DNA of 64,000 nt, taken from a virus. The notes under the pieces were generated by a model. That model searched no databases. It was not told the origin of the DNA and saw only the letters and a list, made by a program, of their open reading frames with translations. Location of the stretch: IMG/VR virus record IMGVR_UViG_3300045988_182866. One strand, given 5' to 3'. Each line of letters begins with the position of its first letter. The first letter of the stretch is position 1. Position numbers and translations under genes: made by a program. Below are positions 1-9,227 of the stretch, piece by piece.

Positions 1-74
1 AGTCAATCTTTCTTTATGATTGATAGTACCAATGAGAATTTCTTCTCCTTCGAGAATTACTTTGTCAATCATGA

Positions 75-365
75 TTAAATTCCTTTAAAGAGTTCAAAAC
101 GCTTGATATGGCAAATTTCGTGCAGGACAAGTAAATAATATTCACCATCATCAAACCGCTCAAGATCATTAACATCAGCGATTTTTAAAATATAATTTTC
201 TTTAGTTTCTTCAGGCAAACAATCTTCTATATAAGAAGTAAACATTTCCCGCAATTCAAAAGTCTCTTCATCAATTTTGACTATATCAAAAGTAGTTCCG
301 AGGTCCGAATCAAGAAGAATGATATTTGTGCCATGTTCTTCAAATATTTGAGATATATTCATCAT
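75..365 (-). CDS. hypothetical protein
   Basis: 96-aa ORF, no recognisable motif. Confidence 0.4.
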   Translation of the reverse strand: MMNISQIFEEHGTNIILLDSDLGTTFDIVKIDEETFELREMFTSYIEDCLPEETKENYILKIADVNDLERFDDGEYYLLVLHEICHIKRFELFKGI

Positions 366-405
366 ATACTTTTATAGTATTGCTTTCCATAATTGAAGGA
401 GGTGT

Positions 406-1008
406 TTAGTCAATGATCATAAATTCATTACTACACAATTCTTCGACTTCTTTAGTAACCCACTCAATGAAAAAACCTCGCTTGAAATGGTCATCCTCAC
501 TAACAACATCAATCATTTTTCGTCTGTTAAGAATATCCCTTTCAATACTCTTAGGGCAGTAATCTCCTGAAAAAGGATTTCGAAGCCGACTCTTCAAAGC
601 TTGATTATCATAGTTCCAGAAATAAATTTTATTAGGGAAAAGTATTTTTCCTTTATTATGATATTCAAGAGCCAGCGTATATTTGTTTACAAACTCGGCC
701 GGGGTCATACCGAAAGAAGCTTCAGTTGAAAATCTCTCAATCATTAAAGAATGATTTGGATCTGTTCCATTTCTATAGACATCTTGAGCCAAGGACTTAA
801 TAGAAAATGAATATTGCTCTGCATTCTTTTTTAAGAAGCTGAATATATCATCATTATCCTTGATACTAGACTTTAACGCAAAGATTCTCTTGTATTTTTT
901 AGAATAAAAGAAAAGCTTAAGGAAAAAGGGACTTACAGAAAATATAGCGTCAGGATGTTCCTGAAGAAATATTTCAAGAGTTGAGGTATTCAAATTTATC
1001 AGAAGCAT
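406..1008 (-). CDS. hypothetical protein
   Basis: 200-aa ORF, no recognisable motif. Confidence 0.45.
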   Translation of the reverse strand: MLLINLNTSTLEIFLQEHPDAIFSVSPFFLKLFFYSKKYKRIFALKSSIKDNDDIFSFLKKNAEQYSFSIKSLAQDVYRNGTDPNHSLMIERFSTEASFGMTPAEFVNKYTLALEYHNKGKILFPNKIYFWNYDNQALKSRLRNPFSGDYCPKSIERDILNRRKMIDVVSEDDHFKRGFFIEWVTKEVEELCSNEFMIID

Positions 1009-1063
1009 AACTTCATTTTATAATTCTCCTTATTTGAGGATGGTGTCTGATATAAAAATAATA

Positions 1064-1097
1064 AAAGCTCGGATGGACTTTTATCCATCCGAGCTTT
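1064..1097 (-). terminator. rho-independent terminator
   Basis: GC hairpin gctcggatgg/ccatccgagc followed on minus strand by TTTTATTATTTTTAT, just 3' of ORF 1123..1458. Confidence 0.6.
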
Positions 1098-1122
1098 ATA
1101 ATACTCAAGTTAAATCAATTGC

Positions 1123-1458
1123 TTACTGAATACTCTGAGTCGGAACTTCAAAGTTCAGCATTTCAGCCGCAGGTTCGAAACTCGTAATTTCGTTAAGAAT
1201 ACTTTCAGGAAGAGAATCCTTCAGCGGTTCAACAACCATCTGATGCCAGGGTTCAACAATCTTTTCGTTCCAAGTAGCCTGGGCCTCTTCAGGAGTAGTT
1301 TTGCCAAGCAGAACCTTATTAGTCAGATTCGTCTTAGTCGTGCAAGCCTTCGACTGAACACCAGCATAATCACGAGCAGAAACACTCGCACGAATGCGAA
1401 TAACGGTTCCATTGGTCAGATGAGCGTTCAGGTCTACGTTCTTAATGTCTTTAGCCAT
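1123..1458 (-). CDS. hypothetical protein (GC-richer codon usage, own terminator; likely highly expressed)
   Basis: 111-aa ORF; strong terminator immediately downstream. Confidence 0.5.
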   Translation of the reverse strand: MAKDIKNVDLNAHLTNGTVIRIRASVSARDYAGVQSKACTTKTNLTNKVLLGKTTPEEAQATWNEKIVEPWHQMVVEPLKDSLPESILNEITSFEPAAEMLNFEVPTQSIQ

Positions 1459-1560
1459 TGTATGTTTTTCTTTCTATTTTAGTTTGTTTTGTTTTTTAAG
1501 TTAACCACTTAATGTGATTTACAGTTTTATAATAAGATTTAACTTATTGTTCAAAGGTGT

Positions 1561-1800
1561 TCAAGATTTCTTCTTGATATTTCTAGGATCACAAAATAGC
1601 ATCGGAATAAAGAACACTATATCAAGGCAAATTGCAAGAGGAGTATAAATCAATATTCCGAAGGATATAATCATTAGAGCAAGTTTGTCTCTAAATCTTG
1701 GAGCATCTCTCATATACTTGAAGCAAGTATAGATTAGCTCAAACTCAAATCTCAGAAACGGTAGTACCATCAGATGGACTGAATACAAAAGCCCGTACAT
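1561..1800 (-). CDS. small membrane protein
   Basis: 79 aa, hydrophobic segments. Confidence 0.35.
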   Translation of the reverse strand: MYGLLYSVHLMVLPFLRFEFELIYTCFKYMRDAPRFRDKLALMIISFGILIYTPLAICLDIVFFIPMLFCDPRNIKKKS

Positions 1801-2218
1801 ATTGAGCCAATGGAAGCCTCTGTCTCCATTCGGCTTTGAGCTGAGTAACTCTATTCCGATAATTCCGTTCAGATTTTGGACAAGAATTTATAATATCTTC
1901 GGAAATAATTTTACAATGCTCGATATAAACCATATTTTCCTGATAAGAAAACTCCCGCTTAGGCTGAAGGCCGTTCAAAGTTTTAATAAAAGAATCCCGC
2001 ATTTCAGATAAAGCTTGAATCTCTTCTTCATCTACGAGTTCCTGAAGCAAAGTTCGTTCAAGAGTATTTTTAATAATTTCAAGGCTTTCCCGAACTAACT
2101 CCAAATATCCATCATATCCGATCTTTTCGAATACAATATTTTTTAGGCTTCGGTCGGAAGCAGAGAAATATTCTTTCAGAAAATATCTTTGCATATATTT
2201 GTTTATCTGTAGTTTCAA
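1745..2218 (-). CDS. hypothetical protein
   Basis: 157-aa ORF. Confidence 0.45.
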   Translation of the reverse strand: MKLQINKYMQRYFLKEYFSASDRSLKNIVFEKIGYDGYLELVRESLEIIKNTLERTLLQELVDEEEIQALSEMRDSFIKTLNGLQPKREFSYQENMVYIEHCKIISEDIINSCPKSERNYRNRVTQLKAEWRQRLPLAQYVRAFVFSPSDGTTVSEI

Positions 2219-2261
2219 TCCACATACTTTGAGCTAATCAAAGTATGAAAAAGTTTAATGT

Positions 2262-2729
2262 TTACCTATAAAATGCCGCCGTTACAGTCAACCCGTTGTT
2301 GAAGACAACCTTACCGCAAATAATATAACCGTCCTCCTCTTCTTCATCAAATTTGGTAAAGCTCTTAATATAGCCATTAGCTTTGATAAAATCAAGAAAA
2401 TCTTTCTCTCCAAGGAACTTATAATTGTTCGGAGAAAATATAGTTATTTCACCGGTAGACTTATTTTCAATCGAGATAAGATTTGCCCGACTGCAATAAT
2501 AAAGGAACATGTTAGCATTCCGGTCAAAATTAACAATCTGTGCACCCTTCAAAGTAGTAAACCTAAAGTTAGAATGGCCGAGTTGTCCTTCATACATTCT
2601 AGCGAAGCTGTTAATATTTTCTTCAGTAAAAGGATTTTCCCGAATAACTTTAGAATGGAATACCCATTTACCTGCTTTGGTTCGTCTTTCTACGATAATA
2701 GTCCGGAATTTCTGGTTTGTCTCTAGCAT
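2262..2729 (-). CDS. hypothetical protein
   Basis: 155-aa ORF. Confidence 0.5.
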   Translation of the reverse strand: MLETNQKFRTIIVERRTKAGKWVFHSKVIRENPFTEENINSFARMYEGQLGHSNFRFTTLKGAQIVNFDRNANMFLYYCSRANLISIENKSTGEITIFSPNNYKFLGEKDFLDFIKANGYIKSFTKFDEEEEDGYIICGKVVFNNGLTVTAAFYR

Positions 2730-2738
2730 ATTTTGATT

Positions 2739-2942
2739 TTAGTGTATATTGTTAAGATTTTTATAAACTGCTTTAGTATATTCGTCCTTTTTAGAAACCC
2801 AACGTTTAGGCATGCTGATACGTTCTTTCTTAGAGAGGAATGACCAATGAGTTGCTTTACCGCCTTTTGTCTTTCCCTCTTTACTCCAAATGCCTGAAGT
2901 TTTCATACTTCTAGGAGTTGGCTCAATACTGTCATTCAACAT
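2739..2942 (-). CDS. small basic protein
   Basis: 67-aa ORF, K/R-rich. Confidence 0.35.
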   Translation of the reverse strand: MLNDSIEPTPRSMKTSGIWSKEGKTKGGKATHWSFLSKKERISMPKRWVSKKDEYTKAVYKNLNNIH

Positions 2943-3371
2943 AATTTTATGTTATTTGCGTTCTATTTTCTCAAAGGTGTTTTAACAATTGGAAATAAGT
3001 AAAAATTATTCCAATTATGAGTGCGATTATAAAAGCAATTATATTTGCTTGCCATTGTTTCATTTAACCAAAGAATACTTGATAAAGTTGATAAATGCCT
3101 GCAATAACAAGTATAACAATTGCTACGCCCAAAGCTTGCATAAAACCTTCAAATGATTCAGGATCAGCCATGATATTTGATATAGTTGATTGTTAAAAGA
3201 ATGATAAAACCAATTCCAAAACCAGTAAGCCAGGATTTTATCATATTAAAACTTATCTGGATTTTCTGAAATCCATTTAGATCCCCATGCCATTAGGCAA
3301 AGAACCAAAAGAATTGCAGGACCAACCAAAACCGGTTTAAGGGCCTCATATAGTTCAATAAGAAAAGTCAT

Positions 3372-3668
3372 TTAATAATATCCTATCCAGTTGTTAAGTG
3401 TTGCCAGTTCTTCTAATTTTGTTTCTGCTTCTTGAAGAGTCTTAAAAATAAAATCTTCTTTATTCAATCCTTGTTGAATATCCCAAATATATCCTCGTTT
3501 GATAAATTTGGAATGAAAATCTTCTCCTCCGATAATTACTCGGATAGAATAATCTTCTTTTTCAAAATGGACCACTTGAAGATAAATCCTGAAACCGTCG
3601 CCGTCCCCAATATGATATGTCTTTGACGGCTCCAGGACAAATTCCGTAATACTACTTTCGTTTTCCAC
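3372..3668 (-). CDS. hypothetical protein
   Basis: 98-aa ORF. Confidence 0.4.
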   Translation of the reverse strand: MENESSITEFVLEPSKTYHIGDGDGFRIYLQVVHFEKEDYSIRVIIGGEDFHSKFIKRGYIWDIQQGLNKEDFIFKTLQEAETKLEELATLNNWIGYY

Positions 3669-4044
3669 GCTGACCTTTCTTATATTCCCAATTCTTCATC
3701 TTAAGAAGATAATAAACCCTCCCAACTGCAATTCCAGAAAGAACGGACATTTGCTTAACTGTACGATCCGGAGAATAAAACTTTCGAAGTTGCTCAATCT
3801 CAGGTTCCCAATCTCGAGTTTGCCGCCCTGAAGTAGCCCGGCCGCCAATTTTACCAACATAAACAATATCGCAAAGATATTTGCCAAGTTTGAAAAGATT
3901 GTTAACAGGCTTAATATTGTCCTCAATATTCAAATCCGAAAAATAATCTTCCTTTGCTTTATTGAGAACATCTTCAATTGTTCCAAATTTTACATTAACA
4001 ATCTGAAAGTTTAATGTTTCAGTGTTGATAATTTTTATTTGCAT
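3652..4044 (-). CDS. hypothetical protein, possible C-terminal HTH
   Basis: 130-aa ORF; C-terminal basic helix-turn-helix-like segment. Confidence 0.45.
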   Translation of the reverse strand: MQIKIINTETLNFQIVNVKFGTIEDVLNKAKEDYFSDLNIEDNIKPVNNLFKLGKYLCDIVYVGKIGGRATSGRQTRDWEPEIEQLRKFYSPDRTVKQMSVLSGIAVGRVYYLLKMKNWEYKKGQRGKRK

Positions 4045-4091
4045 GATACTTTTATTATATTTCTTACCTTATTATTTGAAGGTGTTAGAAC

Positions 4092-4367
4092 TTAAACCAA
4101 ATAAAAGAAATGTTTCTTTTTGAAATTATACAAAATATACCTTTTTTGATCTTCATCATATTCAACTTCAGACTCTTCTTCTCGATAAAACATCTTAATA
4201 TCATTGGACAAGCGAGTAACTAAGATGCCATATTCCGGCCGTTCTTTAATTTCAATCGAAACTTCAACGGGCTTAAGAAAATCAAAATTAAGAGGAATAC
4301 CACAATATTTTACTTTTTTCCCTTTTAGCTTTTTAGCAAACTTTCTAAAGTCTATTTTATTTTTCAT
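4092..4367 (-). CDS. hypothetical protein
   Basis: 91-aa ORF. Confidence 0.4.
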   Translation of the reverse strand: MKNKIDFRKFAKKLKGKKVKYCGIPLNFDFLKPVEVSIEIKERPEYGILVTRLSNDIKMFYREEESEVEYDEDQKRYILYNFKKKHFFYLV

Positions 4368-4451
4368 TTAATTTATTTTTAAGATTGTTTTATTCTTTTA
4401 TAATATAATAATCTTATTATAAAAATAATTCCTTAAAACGATTTTTAGAAT

Positions 4452-4478
4452 AAAAAAGGCATTCGAATTGAATTCGAA
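4452..4478. terminator. palindromic hairpin terminator
   Basis: ggcattcgaatt/gaattcgaatgcc perfect palindrome followed by T-run on minus strand, 3' of ORF 4507..4932. Confidence 0.6.
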
Positions 4479-4506
4479 TGCCTTTTACAATATTAGATAA
4501 AATACT

Positions 4507-4932
4507 TTATTCCAAATAATCGGAAAGTGCTTTAACAAACTCTTTACCGATTTGAGTTATCGGTTCATTATAAAACATTTTACGATCGGCCCTAACAATA
4601 ATTTGCTTCTTTTTGGGCAAAATAGCTCCAGGCTCTTCTTGCCCGGCATAATCTTCAAGATATTGTCCGATACTCAAATTAGCAAGAAGAATATCATCGA
4701 TAAGTTCAAAAACATATTGAAAATCATCTTTACCAATTACATCACTAACTTCCCAATCTTCATCGTCATTGTATAAAAGAATAAAGAGTTTATCACGATG
4801 TTCAGGACTTTCGTAAACAGCCATATAAACCGGCATATCCTCATCAAGCGGTGCATCTACCCAGTTTTCAGGATTACGAGGGTCGGAAGCATCCGATTGT
4901 TCTCGCACCCTATCAATACTCCAATTTTCCAT
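4507..4932 (-). CDS. strongly acidic hypothetical protein
   Basis: 141 aa, D/E-rich. Confidence 0.5.
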   Translation of the reverse strand: MENWSIDRVREQSDASDPRNPENWVDAPLDEDMPVYMAVYESPEHRDKLFILLYNDDEDWEVSDVIGKDDFQYVFELIDDILLANLSIGQYLEDYAGQEEPGAILPKKKQIIVRADRKMFYNEPITQIGKEFVKALSDYLE

Positions 4933-4970
4933 AATATTATTTTATAATAAAACTTAATTTATATCGGTGC

Positions 4971-6371
4971 TTAAACCCAGTTTCTTCGAACTATTTCACG
5001 AATTTCAGAAAAAGTTTGTTCTCGAATCAGTTTGCCATTCTCAAAAACTAGATCTAAAATATCTCTTTCAGAAGTTTCTTGAATAGTTTGATATTTATTT
5101 ATTTCGTTAAGAATCAAAGACAAACGCCCCTTCTTAGAAGCTTTTGACATATCCAATGGACGTTTTTGAACATCATGCCATTTATCGTCATACTTCTGAG
5201 CGGAACATTTAAAAGCAAACCGGCAAGTATCTCGGTTAATTTTTTGAAGAAGTCCTCCACCCATGCCAAAAGCCCAGTTTTCCGATGACCAGCCGTTTTT
5301 TGCAGATTCTTCAAGAATACGATCCATATCGCTAATATTGATACCATCACCCCAAAGAGCCCGAACTTGATCCGGAAGAACTTTGAATCCTTTATTGTTT
5401 ACAGTATATCCGAAATATTGGCCGAGAAGTTCCAGTACCTGTTGAGATACTTTAATAATATCACCAGAATCAGGTCTGAATACAATTCGTCCATTTCGAT
5501 TGAGAATCAAATCCTTAAATTTTGTTCCGCAAACTTCAATGAATCGTTCATAATTGTATGAATCGATTACCATTGCCATAATTCCGTCAGGATTCTTATT
5601 CAGCAGTTCTTCAACTACGCCAAACTCTCCTTCTTCTCCTCGAGAAGTCATGATGGAATGTTCAGTAGCCCTGATGCTATATCCGAACATTTTATCAATA
5701 TTCTCATTATAGTATCGGGAAGGAACAAGCAAAGCTGGAACGGTATCAGTCCCATTAAAATTCAGCAAATGGGCAGAGCCGCCCAGCATAGAAGCTTCAA
5801 AATTTTCAGTTCCCCGGCATCCAAAATCGTGAAGTTGAAAATTGAGAATATTATTAAAATCTTCTCCTTCTTTATCTGAGGTAGTTGTCAGCCAATTAGT
5901 TAACATTAACTTCCCATAATAAGAAGTTGTGGCGACTGTAATCGGGTACCATATATGAGTAAGAATAGTTTCGGCAAAATTAGTTAAGAAAGGAACTTTA
6001 TCGTCAGTATTTTCAATAGTCATTAGAACATTGGAAATATCAATTAGGGAACCTTCTTTAACGGCCTTAATCCTAAGAGGAAGATGACCATTATATTTTT
6101 TAAGAATATATTCCCAACCTTCTTTATTAAAGATGCCAGGACCAATATGCCGAGTAATAAGATAATCAGCTTCATTAATCAGTTCCTGAGTAATAACAGG
6201 TCCTACAAAATATTTCTTAAGGATTGCCTGAAGGCCATAAAAAACAGTCTTAGGAAACTTAGAACCTTTACGGGCTTCGAAATAAGAATATACTCCTTGA
6301 GTATTGTTAGGTAACATCTTGTCATGAGTATATTTGTAAGAATCAGCAGAAAATAAAATATTATCGGTCAT
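4971..6371 (-). CDS. nadV: nicotinamide phosphoribosyltransferase (NAMPT/NadV)
   Basis: 466 aa; matches NAMPT family by length and conserved blocks (KKYNGHLPLRIKAVKEGS, RGTENFEASMLGG, GMGGGLLQ). Confidence 0.9.
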   Translation of the reverse strand: MTDNILFSADSYKYTHDKMLPNNTQGVYSYFEARKGSKFPKTVFYGLQAILKKYFVGPVITQELINEADYLITRHIGPGIFNKEGWEYILKKYNGHLPLRIKAVKEGSLIDISNVLMTIENTDDKVPFLTNFAETILTHIWYPITVATTSYYGKLMLTNWLTTTSDKEGEDFNNILNFQLHDFGCRGTENFEASMLGGSAHLLNFNGTDTVPALLVPSRYYNENIDKMFGYSIRATEHSIMTSRGEEGEFGVVEELLNKNPDGIMAMVIDSYNYERFIEVCGTKFKDLILNRNGRIVFRPDSGDIIKVSQQVLELLGQYFGYTVNNKGFKVLPDQVRALWGDGINISDMDRILEESAKNGWSSENWAFGMGGGLLQKINRDTCRFAFKCSAQKYDDKWHDVQKRPLDMSKASKKGRLSLILNEINKYQTIQETSERDILDLVFENGKLIREQTFSEIREIVRRNWV

Positions 6372-6375
6372 CGAA

Positions 6376-7281
6376 TTAAAGAGAAGAAATTAAAGTTTTG
6401 AATAATTGGCGATGAGCAGGATTAATGTCATCGATAGAAAGATCTTTGATATTGCAAAGATGCAACTCAGCAATATCATCATAAGGAGCAGGATTACCCG
6501 AAACCCGGGTCATCAAAAACAAAGTAGTCATTACTTGTTCTACCTCTCCAAAATATCGCCAATCCTTAACTTTAAAAGATCCGATATATTTTTCAATCTT
6601 GCATTTCAGACCAGTTTCCTCTTGTGCTTCCCGAATTGCGGCTTCTTCATAAGAATTATCTTTAGGATCAATAAATCCGCCCGGAAACCTCAATGTTTTT
6701 TCACCGGGTTTTTTGGCAAGATAAATCTTTGAATAAGAATCATCTGTAAAGATTGCACAATCTACCGTGGGATAATAATAAGTCCAATTATTCTGAGTTG
6801 CATAGATACATCCTCGACGGAAATCTTCAGAAGTACCAATATTCTTTTTCAGTTCTTCTCGCAACTTTGTTCCAGATAATGTCAATTTTTGCTGGTATTC
6901 ATAAGTCTCAAATTGACCGGTATAATGTTCAATAAAACTGTCTCTGGACCCATAAAGAATAACATCTGAATTACCATTAGTAATCGCCAAGATTTGTTTA
7001 TCAAGGTCAGAAGACCATTCTTCATCGGACATTACATCTGTTTTATAACAGATTTCAAACTTACCCGGATATTCTTCTTCAATCATCCTTTTCCTGGAAA
7101 CATAAGGAAGAGGATTATTCTTTGTACACCGAACATCTCTCGGAGGATTACCGAGAACAAGAATGTTCATGTAATGATTCTGACTAAGGACAAAATCTAA
7201 AATTTCTTTATGTCCTTCCGTTAATTTATGTACTTGAAACCGGCCAACTATTACGCCGATTGCGTTTTGTTTATTTGTCAT
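6376..7281 (-). CDS. natV: bifunctional NMN adenylyltransferase / Nudix ADP-ribose pyrophosphatase (NadM-Nudix, NatV-like)
   Basis: N-terminal cytidylyltransferase-type GRFQ..H..GH motif; C-terminal Nudix box GGFIDPKDNSYEEAAIREAQEETGL. Confidence 0.85.
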   Translation of the reverse strand: MTNKQNAIGVIVGRFQVHKLTEGHKEILDFVLSQNHYMNILVLGNPPRDVRCTKNNPLPYVSRKRMIEEEYPGKFEICYKTDVMSDEEWSSDLDKQILAITNGNSDVILYGSRDSFIEHYTGQFETYEYQQKLTLSGTKLREELKKNIGTSEDFRRGCIYATQNNWTYYYPTVDCAIFTDDSYSKIYLAKKPGEKTLRFPGGFIDPKDNSYEEAAIREAQEETGLKCKIEKYIGSFKVKDWRYFGEVEQVMTTLFLMTRVSGNPAPYDDIAELHLCNIKDLSIDDINPAHRQLFKTLISSL

Positions 7282-7335
7282 GTTTTTTGTTTGGTTAATT
7301 AAGGTTCAACTATTACAACCTTAAGTTAGTATTAT

Positions 7336-7746
7336 TTATCGTTCAACACGAACTTTAGCTTCTTTACCTAGATAAGTTGAAGTAATAATCTTACCAAGAC
7401 CTTCAACTTTAATATTTGGCAAAGGAGGATTTTCTTTATTAAGATATTTGCAAGGAATCATCAAACCAAAACGATTATCAGTAAACTTAACTAAATGAGA
7501 CTTCTTAAAACGAAGAGCATCAATTAGTTGGATAGCATATCCTTCAGCAATAATATCATTGGTTTCCTGATGAATAACCTGAATAACAGTATCATTATAA
7601 AGATTTTCTTCAAGATAAAGCTTGTTAAAAGCCCGAGCTCCAAAGTTCAACTGATTAGGATAAAACTCGTCAAATTCCTTATCATAAGAACATGTTACAA
7701 ATATAAATTGATTTGTATTGTTCTTTGTTACAAAAAATTTAATCAT
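7336..7746 (-). CDS. hypothetical protein
   Basis: 136-aa ORF. Confidence 0.45.
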   Translation of the reverse strand: MIKFFVTKNNTNQFIFVTCSYDKEFDEFYPNQLNFGARAFNKLYLEENLYNDTVIQVIHQETNDIIAEGYAIQLIDALRFKKSHLVKFTDNRFGLMIPCKYLNKENPPLPNIKVEGLGKIITSTYLGKEAKVRVER

Positions 7747-7786
7747 TATATTTTAATTTTAAGGATTAACTTAAATTCTAAAGGTA

Positions 7787-8800
7787 TCAAATATTGGAAT
7801 AATAATCCATTGACTTTGCCTTATAATGAGTACCGTCTTCAAACTCAATAACAACACCTTCTCCATCTTCTTTTGGAGCTTGTTGGAATTGAAGCAGGAG
7901 ATCTTTAGTTATAGTCATTTCTCCCAGAATAGGAACAGTTTCCAATTCTAAACCTAAAACTTCAGTGCACCACAAGAAATGGCCCTGAGTTCCATATAAC
8001 CCCCATTTCCAAATTGTATTATCTTTTGAGGGATGTATTGTTTTGAAAAGATTAAACTTTAAAGGACCTTTAGAATCTTTGTTAACTTTATTTCCATTAA
8101 CTCCATGCCCGGTAATTTCTCCTCGAACAATGATCGTTTCATTATATTTCTTTACCCACTTTTCCAAAGCAGGTCTTACAATTTCATGTCCGACTTTTGT
8201 ATATCGATTAAAACAATCATTTTTATAAGTGAAACGTCTTCCGCAACAATAAAATTCTCCGCCGGCAGTTAAAATATAAGTTGCGGAACAACCATCCATC
8301 TTTCGGGTCACAAGAGCTTTTTGTCCTAAAAGAAGCTGATGTTCAGGAATATTTTCCCAATTCTCTTCATCAGTCTTTGTAAGATTAAGGGGAAGATTAG
8401 GAAAAGCAACCGCAAGATCATTAGGAAGAGGAGGGCTATAATGGCCGATACCTAAGTCAATTGCTACTTGCTCAGGCTTTATATCAAGTATTAGATCCTC
8501 ATCATGAATACTATATTCAGATGCCAAATCTTTAAGCTTTACAAAAATACCATTGGAATATTCTCCTCTAAGCTTAACTGTTCGAACTCGATTTTCTTTT
8601 CCGGTATAATTTAAGAAAGGTTCAGCCCAAACTTTATTATTGGGAAGTTTTGCATCCGGACAAATAAACAATCCAATTTCATTTTCAATAAAACTACCCT
8701 TTGGTACAACAACGGGCCAATTGTTTACTAGCCCCAAATCAAGCTTATCCGCATTAGGGTGAGGATGAATATTTGTAATTCTAGAAAAAAGACAATCCAT
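7787..8800 (-). CDS. RNA ligase with N-terminal tRNA-binding-type OB domain (Rnl5-like)
   Basis: N-terminal HPHPNADKLDLG resembles EMAP/MetRS/CsaA tRNA-binding domain; central KMDG (KxDG) nucleotidyltransferase lysine motif. Confidence 0.6.
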   Translation of the reverse strand: MDCLFSRITNIHPHPNADKLDLGLVNNWPVVVPKGSFIENEIGLFICPDAKLPNNKVWAEPFLNYTGKENRVRTVKLRGEYSNGIFVKLKDLASEYSIHDEDLILDIKPEQVAIDLGIGHYSPPLPNDLAVAFPNLPLNLTKTDEENWENIPEHQLLLGQKALVTRKMDGCSATYILTAGGEFYCCGRRFTYKNDCFNRYTKVGHEIVRPALEKWVKKYNETIIVRGEITGHGVNGNKVNKDSKGPLKFNLFKTIHPSKDNTIWKWGLYGTQGHFLWCTEVLGLELETVPILGEMTITKDLLLQFQQAPKEDGEGVVIEFEDGTHYKAKSMDYYSNI

Positions 8801-8804
8801 GATA

Positions 8805-9065
8805 TTAATTTTTGACCGGAATAATTTCCGCAGAACCTTTAATAATATAAGTTTCTTTTGAATTTAAAGGAGTTACTTCAATATAATTGCCGTTTACTTT
8901 ATAATTTTTGGTGATTAAGGTATTGACAATCTGACCTTGTTCATTAAACTCGGTAATAATAACTACCGGAGCATTTTTCTTTTGGTGGCGGTCATACAAA
9001 ATCATTCCGCTAATTCCAGTCATTACAACTGTTGTAATTAAAGTAATCCAACCTGCAAAACTCAT
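8805..9065 (-). CDS. small membrane protein
   Basis: 86 aa with N-terminal TM helix. Confidence 0.4.
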   Translation of the reverse strand: MSFAGWITLITTVVMTGISGMILYDRHQKKNAPVVIITEFNEQGQIVNTLITKNYKVNGNYIEVTPLNSKETYIIKGSAEIIPVKN

Positions 9066-9227
9066 AATTCTTTGTCTGTGTATTCTCTATAAGCTTCGCG
9101 GAGAGTTTCCAGCCTTCCTTGTTTAGGAAGTTTAGAAGCCTCGGCAATAATAGCCTTGGCTTCTTCTTTTGGAAGTTCATAATAAAGCTTATTTTCTGCT
9201 CTTTTGATTTCTTCTTCTAAAGTCATA

